Origin: Paraspadella gotoi
Lineage: Eukaryota; Animalia; Chaetognatha
Length of the DNA: 64,000 bases
Direction of reading: 5' to 3'
Assembly: GCA_051294375.1 (NCBI GenBank)
Contig: CM119265.1
Location: 19,969,087-20,033,086, forward strand
Shown here: positions 1-64,000 of the stretch, one piece after another
Position numbering within the stretch: the stretch's first letter is position 1
How the letters are laid out: the number at the start of each line of letters is the position of its first letter
Made by a program: the position numbers and the translations under genes
The notes under the pieces: generated by a model
Database searches by the model: none
What the model saw: the letters and a program-made list of their open reading frames with translations, nothing else
Told to the model about the DNA's origin: nothing

Positions 1-15
1 GATGGTAAGACTGAC

Positions 16-346
16 CTGGGGCTGTCTCGCAAATCGATGGGAAGGCAACCAATCGAAGATCATAGAGGGCGTCGTCATGCCACTTCGATTAATAATAATA
101 AAAAATAATTGAAATAATTTTTTGAAAAATATTCCGGATCCCTTTCCTTCGTCAAAAGTTTTGTTCAGTCTGTCATTCTTGTCGTCCAGGCTGTCGGGCA
201 TCATGTTGAGTTTTGGCGCCTTTTCATCGTGTCGGGCAGATCCACTAGCCGACCGTGCCGGTAAATATTCCGTCATCCGCCCGTCAAAATCGCTGTAACC
301 GGTTCCAGACGATGATTACGACGACGACGACGACGATGACATCCAC
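16..346 (-). CDS. Candidate exon of a divergent minus-strand gene running off the left edge (unknown product)
   Basis: Acceptor ttctcAG| at 347/346 and donor CAG|GTCAGT at 16/15. Frame is open from ATG at 276 to the donor (MTEYLPARSASGSARHDEKAPKLNMMPDSLDDKNDRLNKTF...RFARQPQ). One in-frame TAA in an upstream poly-Ser run may be a read error. No recognisable domain. Confidence 0.35.
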
Positions 347-990
347 CTGAGAATTTCATTTCGATTTAGATTAAGAGCATAATTATAGGATAAAATAAAA
401 ACAGATGTTCGTTGTTTTAAGATTAATTTTATTAACTCGATAGATTTGATTGATTTGCATTTTCTTAAATCTCTCGAACATTTTCTGTTTAAATACTTTT
501 TACCGCCATTTTTTACGGTTTTAAACTGTTTACTCTCGATTGACTTAGCTTATGATTGTCCAATGTCAACTTTTGTTGGTTAACTTTCCAGGTTTCCATT
601 GGAAAAAAATAAAAAATGATTCATTAAATCAAAATTTCGAAAATGAATACATATTCTTTTCCCTTTTTTTGGCCAGAATCATTTTTAACATTTTCGTCTT
701 TACGACTCTCTGAAGGTTATCTTTAGCTTTAAATTTTTTTTTATCCTTGCGTCTCTCTTTTTTTCCTTTTACCTTTTTGTCAATTTATTCAACTCCTACC
801 TTTTTTTCTCTTCGCTTTTTATCTTTTTCTTTCTTTATCTCTTTTTTTTATCATTTTCTCTTGATTTTTTTTGCTTCTTTTTTATCGCGTTTTCCGAATT
901 TTTTTTTTCAGTGATTTATGTCGAATTCTGTCTCCTTTTCCCCTTAGAAATTTCCCCTATTTTTCGCGTCGATTGATTCTTGACCTTGAC

Positions 991-1103
991 GGGGGCCGGG
1001 GGCCGGGGCCGGGGGTCGGGGTCCGGGGGCCGGGGGCCGGGGGTCGGGGCCGGGGGCCGGGGCCGGGGGCCGGGGCACGGGCCGGGCCGGTGGCCGGGGG
1101 CCC
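991..1103 (+). repeat. (GGGGCC/GGGGTC)n-like G-rich tandem repeat, G-quadruplex-forming potential
   Basis: Repeated GGGG(G)CC and GGGG(G)TC units over ~110 bp in an otherwise AT-rich region. Confidence 0.85.
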
Positions 1104-1887
1104 ATTTTTTAGGAGCAAACGCGCAAGAGAGGCAGGGCCTGTATTGGTTGCTCAGCGCTCAGGTCCGCTCGTCATCGACTTGGCTTTATTTCTCCGGTTT
1201 AACTTACGCTTCAATCATCGCCCCGTCACCTCTACCCGCCTCATTCACTTAATCCTCCATCCATGCACTCACTCAACTTTAACCTTCGTCCTTATTCCTA
1301 CACCTCCTCGGCCCGATCTGCCCGCTTCGCCATTTCGAGCTTTCATCGATCGCGTATCTCAGTTCGAAGATGACGAAAGGCCTTCGCATCGCCAGAAATC
1401 ACATATTTTTACTCGAGGATACTTTTTTTGTTTTTTTGAAAACTAAAATATTTTCTTTTTCTCAACAGATGCCTTTCTCTTTTTAAATTCTATCTTCCTA
1501 AGCGTGTACTCCTTTTCTCTTCCCCCCTTCCCCCCCTCCCATTATTTTCTCTCCGTCAATTTTCACCTTTTAACTTTTCCCTAATTCGTTGTATTTTTTT
1601 TCTTCAGAAATTCCTCTTAAATTTGAGAATGACTTTTTTCTTCCACTGACTTTTTTNNNNNNNNNNNNNNNNNNNNNNNNCCCCCCCCCCATCTTAGTTT
1701 TTTGGGCAGACGATCTCTTTTTCGAGATTTCACGCTACTCCTCTACCTCCTCCTACTCCTCCTCCTCATCCTCTAATCTCCTCCTTGTAATCCTTCTTCC
1801 CGAGAAAATCCGCAGATTTTCCAAATAAATTTCGTCTAAATCTTCTTACATACAAAAATCCTACAACCAAAATATATTTAAGCTACG

Positions 1888-1912
1888 TGACGTCAATTTG
1901 ACTTATATAAAG
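1888..1912 (+). promoter_or_regulatory. Candidate core promoter: palindromic CRE plus TATA box
   Basis: TGACGTCA at 1888-1895 and TATATAAAG at 1904-1912, about 65 bp upstream of ATG 1977. Confidence 0.55.
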
Positions 1913-1976
1913 GCTCCATCGTTTTTACTTTTTTTTTTTTTAAACTCGGCTGCGCCACCTCAAGCGTCCCTTCGAA

Positions 1977-62528
<60,552 letters not shown>

Positions 62529-62769
62529 TCCAGTGAGGGCATCTCCTTTCGGTTTGGCGGTTCACTCCGGCATCAACTTTGCTGCGAACTCCATCAAACG
62601 AGATCAAAAGTGATTTTTATATACTTTAATGAAAAATGACATTTTCATTTACTCAGTTTTGGAATGAATGCCTACCATTTAAAAAAAAATCATACCCGAA
62701 GATTTTTCGCATCATAAATTCTTTGTATTCGAGAAAAATCCATAATATCTTGGCTTGTTTCGAAACATA

Positions 62770-62775
62770 AATAAA
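62770..62775 (+). terminator. Candidate polyadenylation signal of the GTPase gene
   Basis: AATAAA ~240 nt after the stop codon (alternative at 63121); weak evidence in AT-rich context. Confidence 0.3.
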
Positions 62776-64000
62776 TTAAAGGATCTCACCTGTATCTTTT
62801 TCTGCTTCGTAATTTACATATACTGACAAGTCTTCATCTATTTTCTAAACCTAGTTAAGCTCATCCCTATCACCCTTCCAGACTCAACCTCGTAGATTTG
62901 AAATACTACGAGGTGACATTAAACAAAAAACAACAAGATCAGCAACATGTTGCGATTGCCTTAAAAAGAGTGCACTAGATGCGCCATCCTTCGTGCCATA
63001 ACCATTAACTCCATCTACTAACGCATAAAAATATGAACTGTAAAGACTGACGCCTAGGGCGAGTTGAATTATGACATTCGTGTGTTTAAATCTCCACTTT
63101 TTCACATTTTTTAATTTGAAAATAAATGTTTTTAAATTTTTGCAAATGCTTTAAATACTAGTTCTATGTAACTGATTAAAATCAATTCATTGTTGTTGTA
63201 TATACGCTTTTTGTATTCATGAAATTACAATTAAATGCAAACAAATTATTTTTTTTAATCAGTTTGCTGAAATTTTACTTTTTTGAAAAATTATATTTAT
63301 TATTAAGCTCGAGTTAGAAGTCTCAGGAGAGTATCACTATCAGGAGCATGATTTGGTTCACGTTGTTTTTAAGCCGCTTGACGTTTAAAGTAAAGTAGAA
63401 TGTGACGAGATAAATTCATCCGATTTGACTAGACATACATACAATTTCAGAACGGTTCAAAATACAAGAATAAGAACATGAATATGAATAAATACATGAA
63501 CATGCACAGTTTTTACTCACCCCACACTTGGAAACCAATCTTTTTTCCGAGTACCATTTGTTTTTTAATTTAGCCTTTAAAACTGAGAGGGCAGCACCGA
63601 TTGCACTGTAAACTTACGTGGCAAGCTGTTTGTAAAAAGAAGAAAATAGAAAGAAAGAAGGAGATTAACATTGATGTTTCTCGTTCTTATTTTTTCCTTG
63701 ATTTTTTTTTTCGGGATCAATGTGATACAATCTTAATCGTAATTAATACTCGAAAGCCTTGCAAAATTTGTGAATTCCTTAGAAACTTTACTTAGTTTAT
63801 ATCAGGCTGATACAAATCAGAAACTTTTTTGATCTTGATTCTTTTAATTTCACGTGTACCAACAGATTTCGGCCTTAATAATCCTAAACGTCTTGGCCGA
63901 AGTTTCAATGCCAAAGTAGGAAAGAGATTTAGAAACTCGTAAGTAGTTTGATTAAACCATGTCCTCTCATCAAGAGATACTCAGTCAAGCGGAGGACATC

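Noticed and set aside
871-1446. 191-aa ORF with Gly-Pro/Gly-Arg repeats
   Set aside because: Stays open because of the GGGGCC tract and T-rich flanks; no ATG start and no splice support.
62884-64000. Possible convergent minus-strand exons (ORF 62884-63105, donor at ~63520)
   Set aside because: In-frame stops and no recognisable domain; could not build a phase-consistent model.

Overview
Eukaryotic (metazoan-looking) genomic DNA, rich in (AG)n, (GAC)n and other microsatellites, with short GT-AG introns. It comes from an error-prone, gap-filled long-read assembly: six ~25-N gaps, many indels, and about 20 kb duplicated in direct or inverted orientation. Most ORFs in the supplied track are microsatellite artefacts. 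The main gene is a + strand RERG/RASL11/RASL12-family Ras-like GTPase. Its P-loop exon (…NLAVIGSEGVGKS, ends 15631) splices in phase to five downstream exons at 60832-62528 across a ~45 kb intron (~35 kb once duplicates are removed). Two probable upstream exons (1977-2112, 2544-3245), behind a CRE+TATA promoter, would add a >400-aa low-complexity N-terminus. As assembled, the large intron holds a same-strand RING-H2 E3 ligase gene (two copies that look like uncollapsed alleles), at least one divergently transcribed antisense multi-exon gene of unknown family, a 21-bp minisatellite and MITE-like hairpins. I found no prokaryotic systems, CRISPR arrays, rRNA or convincing tRNA genes.
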